Shown piece by piece: positions 46,275 through 60,473 of a stretch of DNA of 64,000 nucleotides. The notes beneath the pieces were generated by a model. It ran no database searches. It was not told the DNA's origin and saw only the letters and a program-made list of their open reading frames with translations. The position numbers and the translations under genes are program-made. Within the stretch, counting starts at the first letter, position 1; the number at the start of each line of letters is the position of its first letter. Source of the stretch: the human T2T-CHM13v2.0 reference genome, Homo sapiens; NCBI RefSeq assembly GCF_009914755.1, contig NC_060938.1; one strand, written 5' to 3'.

Positions 46275-49200
46275 ATCACTGTTGGATTCTTTCAAATTCT
46301 TCCAAATCACTAGGTTGTAACAGTCTAGGCTATTGCTTACCACATGTTTGCTATAGGTCTTTGCTTTCTTTCTTTTCTCCTTTTAATCCTAAGACTTTTT
46401 TCTAGGAAGCATCCTTATTCTCTGTGATAACTTTTTCCTATATGTGTTTTGAGTTGCAGTCAGTAACAACTCATCTGCTTTCTAGTTTCTATACATTGCC
46501 TACACTGTTCTGCTCATTTCAAGAAGTGTTTATCATTGTTAGAACTGTTATGAATTTATTAATCTTTGTATAATTGTATTGTCATTTAGGTAGGAGTAGT
46601 GGAGAATGGGGAGATGAATGTGCTTGGCTATGCATTTCCAACCATGTGTGATAACCTAAATTCCTATTATTCCTGAAATACTGATTCAAACACTCATCCA
46701 TTCTTTTGAAAAAACTTTTGGACCCTGGAGTATGGAATAAGGAAAATCTTTCCAGGAAACTCACTTCTAACATTATTTATGAGAAAGAAATAGACAAATT
46801 TACAAACTCGGCACAAAACTAGTGCATATGCTCCTGGAATGCAAACTCCAGGAAAGTACATCTGCCTCTGCTGGATGTATGGTCCACTTATGACAGTACA
46901 CTCTACACAACAGAAATTCTATCCTTCTACTTTGAGTGAAAGAAGCAATGCTGAGTTCTTGGCTTAAAACACAATTGCATTTGGCAGCACATATATCATT
47001 AAATCATTTTTTTTAAAATTTGGCCATTTTACTTTATTAGTCTCTATTACTTCAGGCAGCACTTTTAGAATGATGATTCATCTCTTCCCTATATAAGAAA
47101 AAGTAGAGATCAAATCCAGTAAATAAAATATCTGAACCATCAACAAAAAAGAAAGAATATGTGTCACTACAACCACCATTGGCTTTGATGTATTCTTACT
47201 GGAAATGTTACCACAATCTTTGGCTCACTTTTAATCAATTACATTTCCCCCTAGCATGTCAAATGCTTTAATTTAGTTTTTGGCATTTAATATACTGGAA
47301 AAGCCATTTATTTCTATTTCTATGTATGCCCCTGAATCCATAAACATTATCCTTTAAATAACATTACTTTTGAATCCAAATTAAGGATACTGTCAAGCAT
47401 AGTTAGACCACTTCATTTGAATTGTTCCCAGATATTGTGTTGGGAATTATAATCCAACTTGATGGAGGAAGATCTTGGATGATAGGCAGTAATTGTGGCA
47501 GGTTGCAGAGATTCTTTTTCACTTACCTCAAGGATGCTGAGAAAATTGTTCACCAGCTGTCCTACCCAATGTTGACTCTACATATTGGCCAAAGGGAGCT
47601 ATCACCTGAATTAATAGCTGGGATATTAGTCTTTGTTAGACTGGGAGGATGTTGTTGCTGCTGCTTTTTGCCAGAATGCAGATACTTTGACACTCAAAAC
47701 TCTTTGTTTGCCAGATTCCAAGTAGTGAGGAAATTTTTATATTGCTTTATTTTTTTTTTCTGTTGTGTAGACCACAGGTAATTTCACCAACTAGAAACGT
47801 GAATGAATCGTTTGCTCCATTAGTGGTCTCCATCAGTTCAGCGCCAGTGACATTTAGGCAGAAAGACCATTTGTCTCCTGATCTTTCCATTTCTAGTCCT
47901 CAAAAGAGTAAGGCTTCAGTATGAATAAAAATAGTGAGTTCAAAACATAAAGCAACTGCTGCAATAATCTTAATAACAAAAAAACCACTGTCACCTTACA
48001 CTTCATCTCTTTGCATTACTTTTTGAAATATAAATTTCTTATGGGTTCATTTCCTCAAATATCACTCTTTAATCTATTTTTATTCCTCATGTTAAAATAA
48101 TATAATATGTAATATGGCAATCTTCATCACAGGATGATTTTTGATTATATTTTGCTGCCTTGTCAAAACCATTTCTTTAGTTCCCTTTGTCAGATTGAGA
48201 GTGAGGTATTTTCTCTGCAGCAAAACTGTGTGTAGTTTAAGAACCTCAGAGTAAATTTTTCTAACTATGGACTGATATTTAGATTGAAGCTTCCTTAATG
48301 CTGTATGATAATGTTTGCCTTATATATGCATATTTTCTTTGCCCATTCTTGTCTATTGCTACCCTGTACTTAAAATTACATTTTAGTTTACCTAAGCCTA
48401 TATGATACTTTGTGCAGATATTCACACCTATTCATTATTTTCTCCATAAATATTAATTTTATATATGTACAGAAAGAACCCTTAGGGATTGGAAATAATA
48501 ATTATTTTTTCACTAATGGATCTCCTGCACTTACTGGTATAAAATATTTGGATAATTACACTATTAGAACTAAAATTCCTGCTTGTCTTAATTTTTGTAC
48601 TATAAATAGAATGTCTGCAAGAATGCCATTGGAGACAATTTTATCTCAAAAAATAAATACTGAGGAAAATGACTACAGAAAACACAAATGTAATAATATT
48701 GTTAATAATAGCAATAAACATATACACTATAGCTTGAGCAACAGGGGGGTTGGCTTTTGCAGCAATATTTGATTAATCGGTTTTTTTTTCTTCCAACTGG
48801 AAAAGAAAGTGATAGAGGAAGTGTGTAAGACAATTTTTTCTTTTTTCATAATGAGCCAATCTAAGAAACAAAAGCCACCTTTTTCCAAAGTATGCAATTA
48901 CGAGTATTTAAAGTTGCCATACTGTGTGTCAATATCTTTTCCTCTGTCTCACCTGGGAGTCAGACAATTTGCAGTAACTCATATCTAGGACCTATGTACA
49001 TGGCATAAATCTGTTTATAAATCTGTTTATTGGTTTGTTGATTTGTGCCTTGTTCCAGAAAGGATTAAAAAAAAAACTTAAAAAGACACACATAAGATGC
49101 AATTAGATGGTATACATTAGGAATAAGACAGTAAAGAAAAACATAAAATAGAGCCAGGCATTAGGTTAAAAATTCATGACAAAATCACACAGTTCATGTT

Positions 49201-49365
49201 AGTGGGTTTATGGCAATTATTGAGGATCCTCCATAGGAGATTCTGAAATGAAAGATCTATTTTTTTATTTATGTACTTATTTTTTACATATTGAAGGTGT
49301 AATATAAAAAAAGAATGCTTTTTTTGTAACTTGAAAATCTTGGATTCAAGTTTCAGTTTTACAAT

Positions 49366-49758
49366 TGTTAAAAGAAAAACCTTAGATAAAGGTAACAAAG
49401 TTTAATTGAGCAAAGAATGATTCACGAATCAGGCAGCACCCGAACCAGAATAGGTTTAGAGAGACTCTGTCTGTGCTGTGTGGTCAAAGAAAATTTATGG
49501 ACTGAAAAAGAAGAGTGATGTACAGAAAACAGAAGTGAGCTACAGAGAACAGCTGGATTGGTCACAGCTCAGCGTTTGTCTTATTTGGACATGGTTTCAA
49601 CATTTGCCTGCCTTTGATTGGCCGAAACTCAGTGATTGGTAAAAGAGTATATTACAGCATGTTTACACATCCAGTTAGGTTACAGAGCACTATATATGGG
49701 GAAACCTTCAGGCCAAACTTAAAATATGTAAGAAGGCAGCTTTTGGCTAAAGTTAACA
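49366..49758 (-). mobile_element. MER57B-like ERV1 solo LTR
   Basis: TGTTAA...TTAACA termini; three ATTGG (CCAAT) boxes. Confidence 0.8.
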
Positions 49759-50279
49759 CCACCCAAGGAAATGGAGGAAGTTGTAAAGCAGTCAAGAAAG
49801 CGTAGTTTTCTATGTCTCTTTTAAATAGCTTATGTTTTGAAAACCTGAGACACATATTTTAATTGAAATGAATATTTTAAACACATCAATTCAAAGGGTA
49901 AAATTATGAGGGTGATGCCCAAAAAGTAAAAATCCTTCAAAAATAAAGTTCAAGAATAATATACTTTGAAATGTTAACAGTTTTTACTTTGGGTGAAGTG
50001 TATCTTCTACAATGAAGATGCATTAATTTGTAACAAGAGAAAGCTAATATTTTTTTGAAAATGAAAAAGTAAACATAGATTTGGCATCCAGATGATATAG
50101 AATACATAATAAACACAAATACATACATACCACATACACAAACTCAATAATAATAAAATCACATGCAGTATAGCATAAACAAAGATGAAATTTGTACATA
50201 TATTTTATCTTTTATGAATTTTCAGGTCACCTCTGTTCATTATTGTAAGATTTATTATCCCCATTTTATAGTTGGACTC

Positions 50280-51260
50280 ATCGAACTGCCTGCTCAATTT
50301 TTCAACTCAGATACCTAGTAGAAATCTCAAACTGAAAGTATGTTCAAAAGTGAACATTTAATATTTGCCCTTCTCCCCAAATGGTTTAACCCACGAACTT
50401 CTACATCTCAATTGATCTGACTCCATTGTAAGTTGTTTAGCCAAAAATCTTAGTTATTCTTGACTCTTTTCTTTATTTCCATTCCACATTTAATCTACAA
50501 GAAAATCTCATTGGCTCTACCATGAAAATATAGCCATATTTTGACCACTTCCCATTACTTTTATTACTATCACTTTAACCTAAACCATCGTCATCTCTTA
50601 CCAGATTCACATAATATACTTTCCTAATAGGTACCCTTGCTCCTATCTTTGCCTGCACAATGTAATCTTGACAGAGCAATCAGAATGATCCTTTCAAAAT
50701 GCAAGTCAGATTATGTCACTCCTTTACTCGGGATGTGTGAAAAACTTGCAGTTTCTCCTGTTTTACTGAATGGAGTCCTACAATGAACTAAAAACCTTCC
50801 AAGCTCTTCCTTCTGTCCTCTTTATTTCTCTGACCTCATTTTCTCTTTCTTCCTTGCTCATTCTATTCCAGACACACCTGACTCTTTGCTCTTTATTGAA
50901 CAGCACAGGCCTCAGGGCCTTTGCATAGGATGAGATTTCCTTTGCTGAGGTTGCGTGTTGCCCAGGTAGATATGTGGCAAACTCCTTTATCTCCTTTAGG
51001 TCTTTTCTTAAATACTGCCTTTGTAAAGAGGCCTAACAACCAAAGTTAGAATTGCAACCTGTCCTGACTCCCTCATCCCCTTTACTCTATTTTTTAAAAT
51101 CACACTTGCCAACATATAGTATGTTATATAATTTACTTATTATTTACTTTGTATATTTTGAAATGTCTAGGTGTCTGTTTCCTCCCTCTAGATTGTAAGG
51201 CTTTTCTTTGTTCATTGATGCATTTCAAGCATGGAGTTGGCTCTTACTCAATTTTGCTGA
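50280..51260 (+). mobile_element. L2a
   Basis: 'gcaagtcagattatgtcactcct', 'gcctcagggcctttgca', 'ctagattgtaag'. Confidence 0.75.
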
Positions 51261-51349
51261 ATTTTTATTATGTAAAAATAAAAAAATATTTTATTATGTA
51301 GAGACAGGTTTAAATAGCTCTTATTTCAAGTCCCTTCAATATTTTAACT

Positions 51350-52090
51350 GTTCTATAAGGTTATAATTAGTACCTTAAGAGAGGTACAAATAATGGAGAA
51401 TTATGTTCAGTAGGGTGAAGTCAAGAAATGTTACCTGAAGGAATGACTGACCTTGGAGGATGGAATGAACTCCAAGTTAAAGTGAGGGAAATGGCATTCC
51501 AATAACAAGGAAAAGAATGAGTAGAAGCGTAAATGGAACTGTTCAGGAGATGTGTCTAAGAAGCAGTTCATGGGCTGGCTGGATAGATCAGAGTACAGGG
51601 GGGATAAAAGACTACTGGGAAATAAGGCACCAATGGTTGGCTGCTGCTTGCTCTGGGGAGCCTTGGGTGCTAGGGTGATAACTTAGCATTTCATTTAGTA
51701 GTCACTGGAAAGCCTTTTGACATTTTCAAGCAAGGGGGTGACACGATTAAAGATAAGGTTTAGAAAGATTAATATGTTGGTTGAGAGTAGGATACATTAG
51801 AGTTTGAAAAGGATAGGTGGGGAGTGAGTTAGAAAGCTATAATGGTTGTCCAAGTGAGGAGTAATGAGGGCTTCTGTGAGGACTGTGTAAGTGAAAGTGG
51901 AAAGAAGGGGAGTGATATGACCTTGTGAAGGCACAATGAATAGAAGGAAGTGGAAGGAATATAAATTGGCAAATAGTATAAGGAGTGCTAGAAGAGTGGC
52001 TAAACATGAAGACAAAGGTTTTAAACTAGAGTGACTGAGCAAATAGAAAATTAGAAGGAGCTAGTTTAGGAGGATCTGTTATGTCCTCTT
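51350..52090 (-). mobile_element. L2 fragment
   Basis: 'ttttcaagcaagggggtgacacgat...ttagaaagat'. Confidence 0.55.
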
Positions 52091-55000
52091 TCTAGATGCT
52101 GCACTCAAACTATTGAGAGCTCAGGTTGGCAAAAAAATAAAAAATAAATAAGCCCTCCATTTGACCTGGAGGGCAGCAATCCTTCCAGCATTCTTCTGTT
52201 TCTCCATTCACTTATATAAGTGTTTCATCCACTTATATACTGTGAATAGAAAACTGTCTTTTACAAAATTGTTTTCAAGCACTGGTATAGTTCACTGGGT
52301 ATACAAGGTGCAAATTTTACACTCTAATATATAGGAAAATGTTTCTAGGGGATTTGCATGCTTTGTGTGTGTGTGTCTGTATGTGTGTGTGTGTGTTTCT
52401 TAATGCATTGTAGTTGAATGTATCAACCCCGAACTCTGTTACTAACAGCACTTGTTCCTAAGGTGTATTAACTCAGCTGTAGTAGCCTTCTCCTTGATGC
52501 CTCTTTTTATTACCTTGTTCCACCTCAGCTAGGTCAGGACAGGACTACAAAAATACCTTAATTGCTACGATGATGGGAACTGAATTAATCTATAGCAGAT
52601 GAATGAGGATAATGAAATCATTTTCTTTTCTCTCAATGGTCTATGCAGCATCATCTCTTCTGATACACTTCAGTGTCTGACCTTTTTAACTGACAGGATG
52701 TTCACTGCTGAGGCTTTTTAAAGACATCTATCTCTCCACAGAAAAATGGAAGCCAGACATCCAAGACCGACTTATATTTGTCTGTGAATCAAGCTGTCAT
52801 TTTTGTTCTGCCAGAGTCTGTTATCACGTCTGGACAAGTAATTATTCTCTAGGTTAGGTTCTTACAACCTTGAATTTTTAGGAAAGTCCTTGAGACTGAA
52901 AGCAGTCACTCTCTTACTGCTACAGTTCATGCATACTGGTGAGTTATGTGGTGGCTTGGCAGCTATTACTGCGATTAAGCATTTAGTCTATTAAGCACAC
53001 AATTCTTTTAACTTTGCGAGCTTCTAGCCTCCATCTGTTTCCCTTATTTATTAAAATCCCTATTTAGTTCTCCTGCTGCATTTAGGCAACTAGTAGTACA
53101 TTCCCTAAAGAGTAAGTGTAAGCTGGGACACCGAAGGACATGATGGAGCAAGAACAATTCGCAAGCTTCTTTAAGTTCCTTGTGTAGCCCAGCTGGAATC
53201 ATGAAGTGGCAAAAAAGGGGGTTTCCAACTTTCTTCTTTCTCTACTGGAAACAAAGGAAAACTGTTACTTGTTGCAAAATGAAGCATGGGCACAGCAAAG
53301 TCAGGTGGAGTCGGTGACAAAGAACAGGAAGTCACGGATTCATTTGCAGATGTTGGAAACACACTTCAGTACTAGGAAAATGAAATCAAATTCAGAGTGA
53401 TGCAGCTCACTTAAGTTGCTAAGCATTCCATATCAACTGAGAATTCAAGGGTTTCCAATGAAAAACCTTAGGTCAGATTTCAGGGGAAAAATTCCTCAGT
53501 GAGAGATTTAATAATGTATAAAGAGGCCTGCACCTCCTACAGAATTCTGTTTGAAATAGAGAATTTCTAAAATACAATTCTCATTACCTACTTCTTGGAA
53601 GAGAAAGCATTTGCAGGCAGTTAGTCACTCAGTCACAGATACATTGTAGTGTGAATTTAAGTGTGGTAGTTTGATAATATTTCCACTACATTTTGAAAAG
53701 ACCTTCCTCCTTTATCATGCTAACTTTTCCTTAGAAAGTCACATTCATAGGCAGAAGCTCCCTCTACCCCTTCCTGCTTTCCAGCCCCAGTGACCCTGCT
53801 CCTGAGGATGTCATGATCAGTAGGAACTGGCGCATTATCCAGAAATTTAATCTTTAAAATGTCATCAATAATATAAGGTCACGGCCCAGCACCCAAAACA
53901 AAGATTAGAAGGGACAGGATTGAGAGTGAGAGTGGGGGGCTCAGTCCACGTTGTAGATTGCTAAGAATGAAAAGGAAGGCATGTTTCCCAGTTACGAGGA
54001 ATGACAGCACAGGCAAAAGGGCTGCATAGATCCTGGTGCACATCTTCATCTCCAAGTGATATGTGACCTTGACCTCTCACCTTCTCTTCATATTTCAGGA
54101 TGAATGACAGCCATTTCTTCTCTTGTCATTTATGCATGAAAGGCCCAAACAATCTGTATTATTAGATAAAACACTATTAAAACAAAATATAACATCACTA
54201 GTTTTTCCCATATGGATGTCAGAAAGGCACTAAATTTGAGAAAATTAGTCTGCTTCTAAGAATTGCACTTTCTTTTCTAAAATCTGCTTCCCTCTTTAGC
54301 CTAGGAACTAGCTATTTTGTGTTGAGATAGCCTCATCTGAACACTTTATAATAAAACAAAGAATATAGGACACTCAATTCATTAAAAAGATTCACACGAA
54401 ACATGACTAATATTATGAGTATCTTTATAAATGTACGTATTTGACAGCAATTATTCAGTGATACCAGTATGACACAGGTACATACTTATCAGCACGTCCT
54501 GGCCCCAAGGTTGCATCACTTGTGTGGCATTTGTTGCATGGCTGACTTGTGTCCCTCATTTCTACTTTTCCTTATGCCTCTTTCACTTAGGACTAGAGCA
54601 AGAACAACTGCCCCTTCATTGGTTTTATTCTTAGTCTTGGGACATACAGAGCAGTGATTTTCAATGCTTTGCCATTTGTTTGCCAATCAATTATTGAGTT
54701 TCCAATATTAACAGACTCTCATTATTTCTCATAAGTAATCTTTGTCTACCAATATGTCCAACCAAAACAAGGAGGAAATTCTAAGAGCAAACCTGTTTTC
54801 TGTACCATGTAATCTAAACAATTTGGGGAAAGAAACAATTTTTAGTTGTCTTTTAGGCTTAAATTGTGTGAGATTAAAAGAATTCTTCTTTATCTTCTTG
54901 TTCTATAAGCTTGTGGTTAAATTTTTTCTAAATATTGGACTCTGAAGGCCTTAATTATTCAGAAAGAATTCAATTTCTTTAGGAAATTATCTTCCTCCTT

Positions 55001-57745
55001 CTTTTAGGAATCTGAGCTTTGCCAAACAGCAACAATAAATAAGAAATAGGGTGTCTTTTTGAAGCAATTGGGAAAGCCAGAGTGCCATCTTTCAACTTGC
55101 AGTGTGCATTACCAAATGGGAACTGTTTTCTACAAAACATAAAAGGTTATTTTCCATGTGTTACTTGGCTTAGTGCTTGAAAAAAAAACCATTTTGTATT
55201 TAGAAAAAAAATTATTAATTGAACTCCACAGCGTGTCTCATCTAATACTCAGGAAAATGCTCTATTTTTGAATAAGGGCTGGGGAGTGTAGCAGTTGTAC
55301 ATGAGATCGATATAAACAAACATGCACCTTGAGATACCATATACCGGTTGGCATTACAGCAATAATGAAACTGTAATATAAGCTTCAGGACAGATTTCTC
55401 TAATAGGCAACTTCAAAAAATATTTTTGCAGTTGAAAGCTGTTTTCAGAAAACTGGAGGCAGAAAATAAATGTTATTCCAAGGTCATTATGCCCAAGTTC
55501 TGCTCTCAATTTGGGTGCTGTTTTCTTTCTTTTTAAACTCTTTCTCTGAAATATGGGGATGTCTAGGATTCAGTTGTTTTAGGACATAGGCAAACCTGAT
55601 ACATCTACTCTGTTTCATGCCGTGTGTTTGTAGTGAGATTTGAGCCCAATGTCCTCAAAAAGTGTTTCACTTGAGCTGTCTGGATTCAAGGAAGCACTTT
55701 TAACATACATCACTGACTTTTATTTAAAGCTGTATATTATAGTGGCTGCTACCTAAGACTACTGTGTAACCATCGCCCTTGGTTTGTGAAAGGACATGTC
55801 TGTCTTTGCTCTTGATCATACCATCTGCCCACAGAAGGAAAATTTCCAGGCCAGTAATTATGTTTTGCAATATCCACATTTTTACCATCCCCACTCCATA
55901 GAAGCCAAAAATCTACTGTTATACCACAGAGATGACTGTTTACAATTCCGTTCTTTCCACTGGGGATTGAGCCCTTGGCAGGTGGTGGCTACTTAGAGAG
56001 GCTGACATTTGGGATTTCCCTTGCCAAGGCAGAGTCAGGTTCAAAAGGGCTAGGGAAGTTCTTGACCTAACAGCAGCGACTGATCCTACCAGTGTGGACG
56101 TTGCAATAATGCCAAGCAAGCAATCCGTACAGAAATGCCTTTCTTATCTTTTACAACATTACCACTGTGCTGAAGTGATGACTCCTGAAGGAAGCTGAAA
56201 ACATTTTCTAGACAGTGCTCCCCTGAATACAAGAATACTTCAGAATGCCACCCCCTGCAACTTAAAACCCAGCTCCAAACAAATAGCTCAAATCAAGTTA
56301 GAGGAAGTTAGTCAATATCTCTCTCTCCATGACACCGGGGATTTTCTGGTAAGTCATAATTCAATCCTTCGTTAGAGGGAAGAAAAAAAATGTAAATTGA
56401 AAATATCTCAGCCAAGCCATTCCCAGCAGCAATAACCGAACTCTCTGCTGGCTAAACAAGAGGCCACCAGACTGCTATCAGAACCTGTTTGCTCTCAGTT
56501 TAGACCACAATTAATTTAAAATTTCTGCTTCCAAAGTAAAGTAAGGGAATACAATAATCCCAATTTACTTTTTTAATAAAAAGCTTAAGTGGAAAGAGCC
56601 CACTGGGAATGGTCAGCCCGGGCCAAGGTAATTCTCATCATGAGGAGAGGCGCCCGTTTAAAATGCACAGTCACAGGGCAGCTGGCGTCTCTTCCCAGAA
56701 TGCTTCCTCTGGACTTAAGTGGGTTCTTTTATCTGTTTTTCTCTTTTTGGTTTTTAAAAAAGTAAAGTTGGACTTGCAAACACTAGCAACAATTTCCTTA
56801 GAAAAGCAATTCTGAAAAATCAGGAGTCCCTGTTCAAAGAATGCTCTCCAAAAGCTATCGGGGGCAGAGGAATTAAGGAGCAGATCGTAAAACAAAATAC
56901 ATCAAACATATAAAGCATCCAAGTAGGAGGCTTTGGATCTCCATGAACAGTTGGACACATCAGCCATAGCAGAGCAGTACTGGGCAATTGGATATATGCA
57001 GAGAAATGGGGGCAGGCATCCAAGAGGCCTTGCTCAAGAAGGTGGTCGGGGTCAGCAAGAACCAAGCATGGGTCACAGATGGCATCTGAGAAGGTACAGA
57101 TTTCTCCTGGGAATCTACTATCTGGGCTAACTAATGAGAGCAAAACAGGGTCCTTCTCTGCAGCACCAGAGCTAGTGTAGCAGGCTAATTATTCAGGTTT
57201 GTTCTTAGGCATAGCAAATGGGAAATAGGCAGAGCTAATGAAACTTGGTGCAAGATGGAGGCATTGTCACAAAAACAAGTTCCCCAATGAAATCCTAATG
57301 CCTATATTTAATGGGTAGAATTTTTATTTGACCCTTCTGTGGATGATGACAATCACATCCCTTGTTTCTATGCCCACAGAGTTTACGGTTTCTTTTCCCA
57401 TCCTTCTGCCCATACTCAGTCTCCTTCACTCTGTACTCCCATATGGCCATGTTTCAGTGTTTCCAAGAGATCTCTCAGTGGCTATCATTCTTTCACATGC
57501 TCCACTCCTCTATAGGTTTATTAGCAATAAATAAGTGACTGTCTAATCAATTCCCCCCCCCCTTTTGAAAGCATTATACTTACATAACCAATGATCTGCC
57601 AGAAATCTTCACCTGCATCCTAAAGGCACTTGAAATTAATCATCATATCTAAAATTAAACTTATACTCTTCAATCTTTCCCCCATACTTCCTGGGCGAAC
57701 TTGCCTTTCTCCTTCATTTCTCTGTACAGTTTTCACATTGTCATC

Positions 57746-58119
57746 TGCTATGGACAGAGTCATGTCTCCCCTTAATTTGTATGTTGAGGCCGTAAACGCT
57801 CAAGGTGATGGTATTTAGAGATGGAGCCTTTGAGATGCTACTGGGTTCCATGAAGTCAAAAGGATAAGGTTTTCATGATAGTGATATGAGATAATCACTT
57901 ACAAAAAGAGATATGAGAGACCCTGCTGTCTCTCCCTGCATGGGCACAAAGAGGAGTTCATGTGATGGTACAAGTGGCGCCATCTACAAACCAAGAGAAT
58001 TGGCCTCAGAAAAAAACCTTGGTCTTAAACTCCTGGCCTCAAAAACTGAGAAATAAATTTTTGTTGTTTAAGGCACTCAATCTGGTATTTTTGTATGGCA
58101 GCCCAAGCTGACTAATACA
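57746..58119 (+). mobile_element. MLT1A-like solo LTR within an L2 remnant
   Basis: 'tgctatggac'...'gactaataca'; TSD tcatc/ccatc. Confidence 0.82.
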
Positions 58120-58286
58120 CCATCTTCAGTCACCTGGGATAGAGAGCAAATATTAATTTCAGTTTATTTTGTCTCACTTACCTTCCATATTCAATCAACT
58201 TCTAAATTATTGACTCTTCCTCTCTGATTTTTAAATATGTCCTCTTTCCTCCGACTCCACTGCTTCTTCTTTAATTCAGGTCATTT

Positions 58287-58509
58287 TATATATATATATA
58301 TACACATACACACACACACATACATATATATGTGTGTGTGTATATATATACATATATATGTGTGTGTATATATATACATATATGTGTGTGTGTATATGTG
58401 TATATATGTATATGTGTATATATGTATGTATATATGTGTATACATGTATATATGTATGTATATATGTGTATATATGTATGTATATATGTGTATATATATG
58501 TATGTATGT
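58287..58509. repeat. 223-bp perfectly alternating pyrimidine-purine compound microsatellite (TA/CA/TG)
   Basis: Read directly from the sequence. Confidence 0.95.
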
Positions 58510-59128
58510 TACATATGTTAAGGACACAGTAACATACAGAATATCACAATGATATTAAATTAAGAATTAACAACAATTAATATTAGAAATTAAACATTTC
58601 TACATTTGGAAATTGAAAACACTAGCAATGAACTAACAAAGTAATCACAGTAAAATTACATGTTTTAAAGTTAACAAAAATAAAGGGATTACAAATTAAA
58701 AGTTGTGGGAGTCATCTATTAAAATTTATTTAAAATAATTATAATATTTTAAATATAGTCAGCAGAATGGGAAGGAATATGATGTTTGGGGACGTACAAT
58801 TAATCTGGTATTATAAGATGATATGGCAGAAGATAAAATTAGAAAATAAGACAGTTTTCTGTCTGGTGATCAGACAAGGAAGTTTTTGTTGTCATTGTTT
58901 TAAAGAACACAGAATTATTCAGATTTTACCCTAAAGCTGTTGGTAAGACATTGAAGTGCATTACATGGTCAAACTTGCATTTTGAAAAGATCAGTCTGTT
59001 ACCATTATGGAAGACTGAGAAGTATGTACATGGATTGGGGGCAGTGTAAAGGAGAGCAGTCAGAAGGCAGAGAGATAATTTATGAGGCTATCAAAATAGT
59101 CCAGATAAATATAATAAGTCCTGAATTT

Positions 59129-59424
59129 GGCCACTCACAGTGATTCATGCCTGTAATCCCAGCACTTTGGGAGGCCAAGGTGGGTGGATCCGTGAGGTCA
59201 GGAGTTTAAGACCAGCCTGGGCAACATAACAAAACCCGAATCTACTAAAAATACAAAAATTAGCCAGGCATGGTGGCAGTGCCTATAATCCCAGCTACTT
59301 GGAGGCTTAGGCACAAGAATCGTTTGAACCTGGGAGACAGAGGCAGAGGTTGCAGTGAGCCGACATCACACTACTGAACTCCAGGCTGGGTGACAGAGCG
59401 AGACTCCATCTCAAAAAAAAAAAA
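59129..59424 (+). mobile_element. AluS
   Basis: Dimeric Alu with 'ctactaaaaatacaaaaattagcc' linker and A-tail. Confidence 0.9.
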
Positions 59425-60024
59425 GTATATATGTGTGTGTATACATGGGTGTATATATGTATACACGCACACACATATAATATCTGTGTATATATAATAT
59501 ATTGTATGTATTATATATAACATATATATTTATGTTTTATATAATATTAATAGCAAAAATAAATCTATACAACAAACCCCTGTTACGTGAATTTACCTAT
59601 ATAACAAATCAGCACATGCACCTCTGAATCTATTTTGTTTTCTTTTGTATATATATTCTTTTACTTCTATTAATACCTTTTGTGCTACTAGGAAAAGTTC
59701 AATATTTTCTTTGAAGTTGTAATTTTTTTTCCTCTGAATTAAAGTTTCATCTTTTTGAAGGTTTATATTTAATAGAAGTTTTCATCATTTTGTGTTTGTG
59801 TTGTTATTGTTTTATATTTAGTTTTAGATTTCCTGCCTGCCTTTTTTCCATATCTTTACACAAAATTTTTCAACTTTGTAGTAGTCTCTAACCTCACCTG
59901 TCTTACCTGGGGTTCAGACATAGGTTTTAAAAATAATTTTTCAGGATTCCTTATGTATAATATTTATGTTATCACAGGTAAAATTACTTGCCTACTCTTC
60001 CATTTAGTAGAGAAGATATTTTTA

Positions 60025-60252
<228 letters not shown>

Positions 60253-60473
60253 TTAAATAATTTTTCTGATCATAAAACTTAATAATACATGTTTGTTGTC
60301 AAAATATAAAAATTTACTAAGAAGAAACAAAAAACTCAAATTCTACCATACAGATATAGCTACTTCTAACTATGTTTTTGTAATTTTCTGAGCATACCCA
60401 TCCACTTACATAATTTTTTATTTGGTGTTTCAATGTATAGTGTTATGTAAGCATTATTCAAGACATCTAATCT

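Noticed and set aside
47422-47781. 119-aa ORF with a CCCCC run in unique sequence
   Set aside because: Non-ATG start, no recognisable domain; the Cys and Phe runs come from tgy and poly-T low complexity; no coherent exon structure.
48410-48772. 120-aa ORF
   Set aside because: Non-ATG start, AT-driven N/I/K composition and no similarity that I recognise.
58237-58552. Overlapping YIC/HTY-rich ORFs on both strands
   Set aside because: They are translations of the alternating microsatellite.
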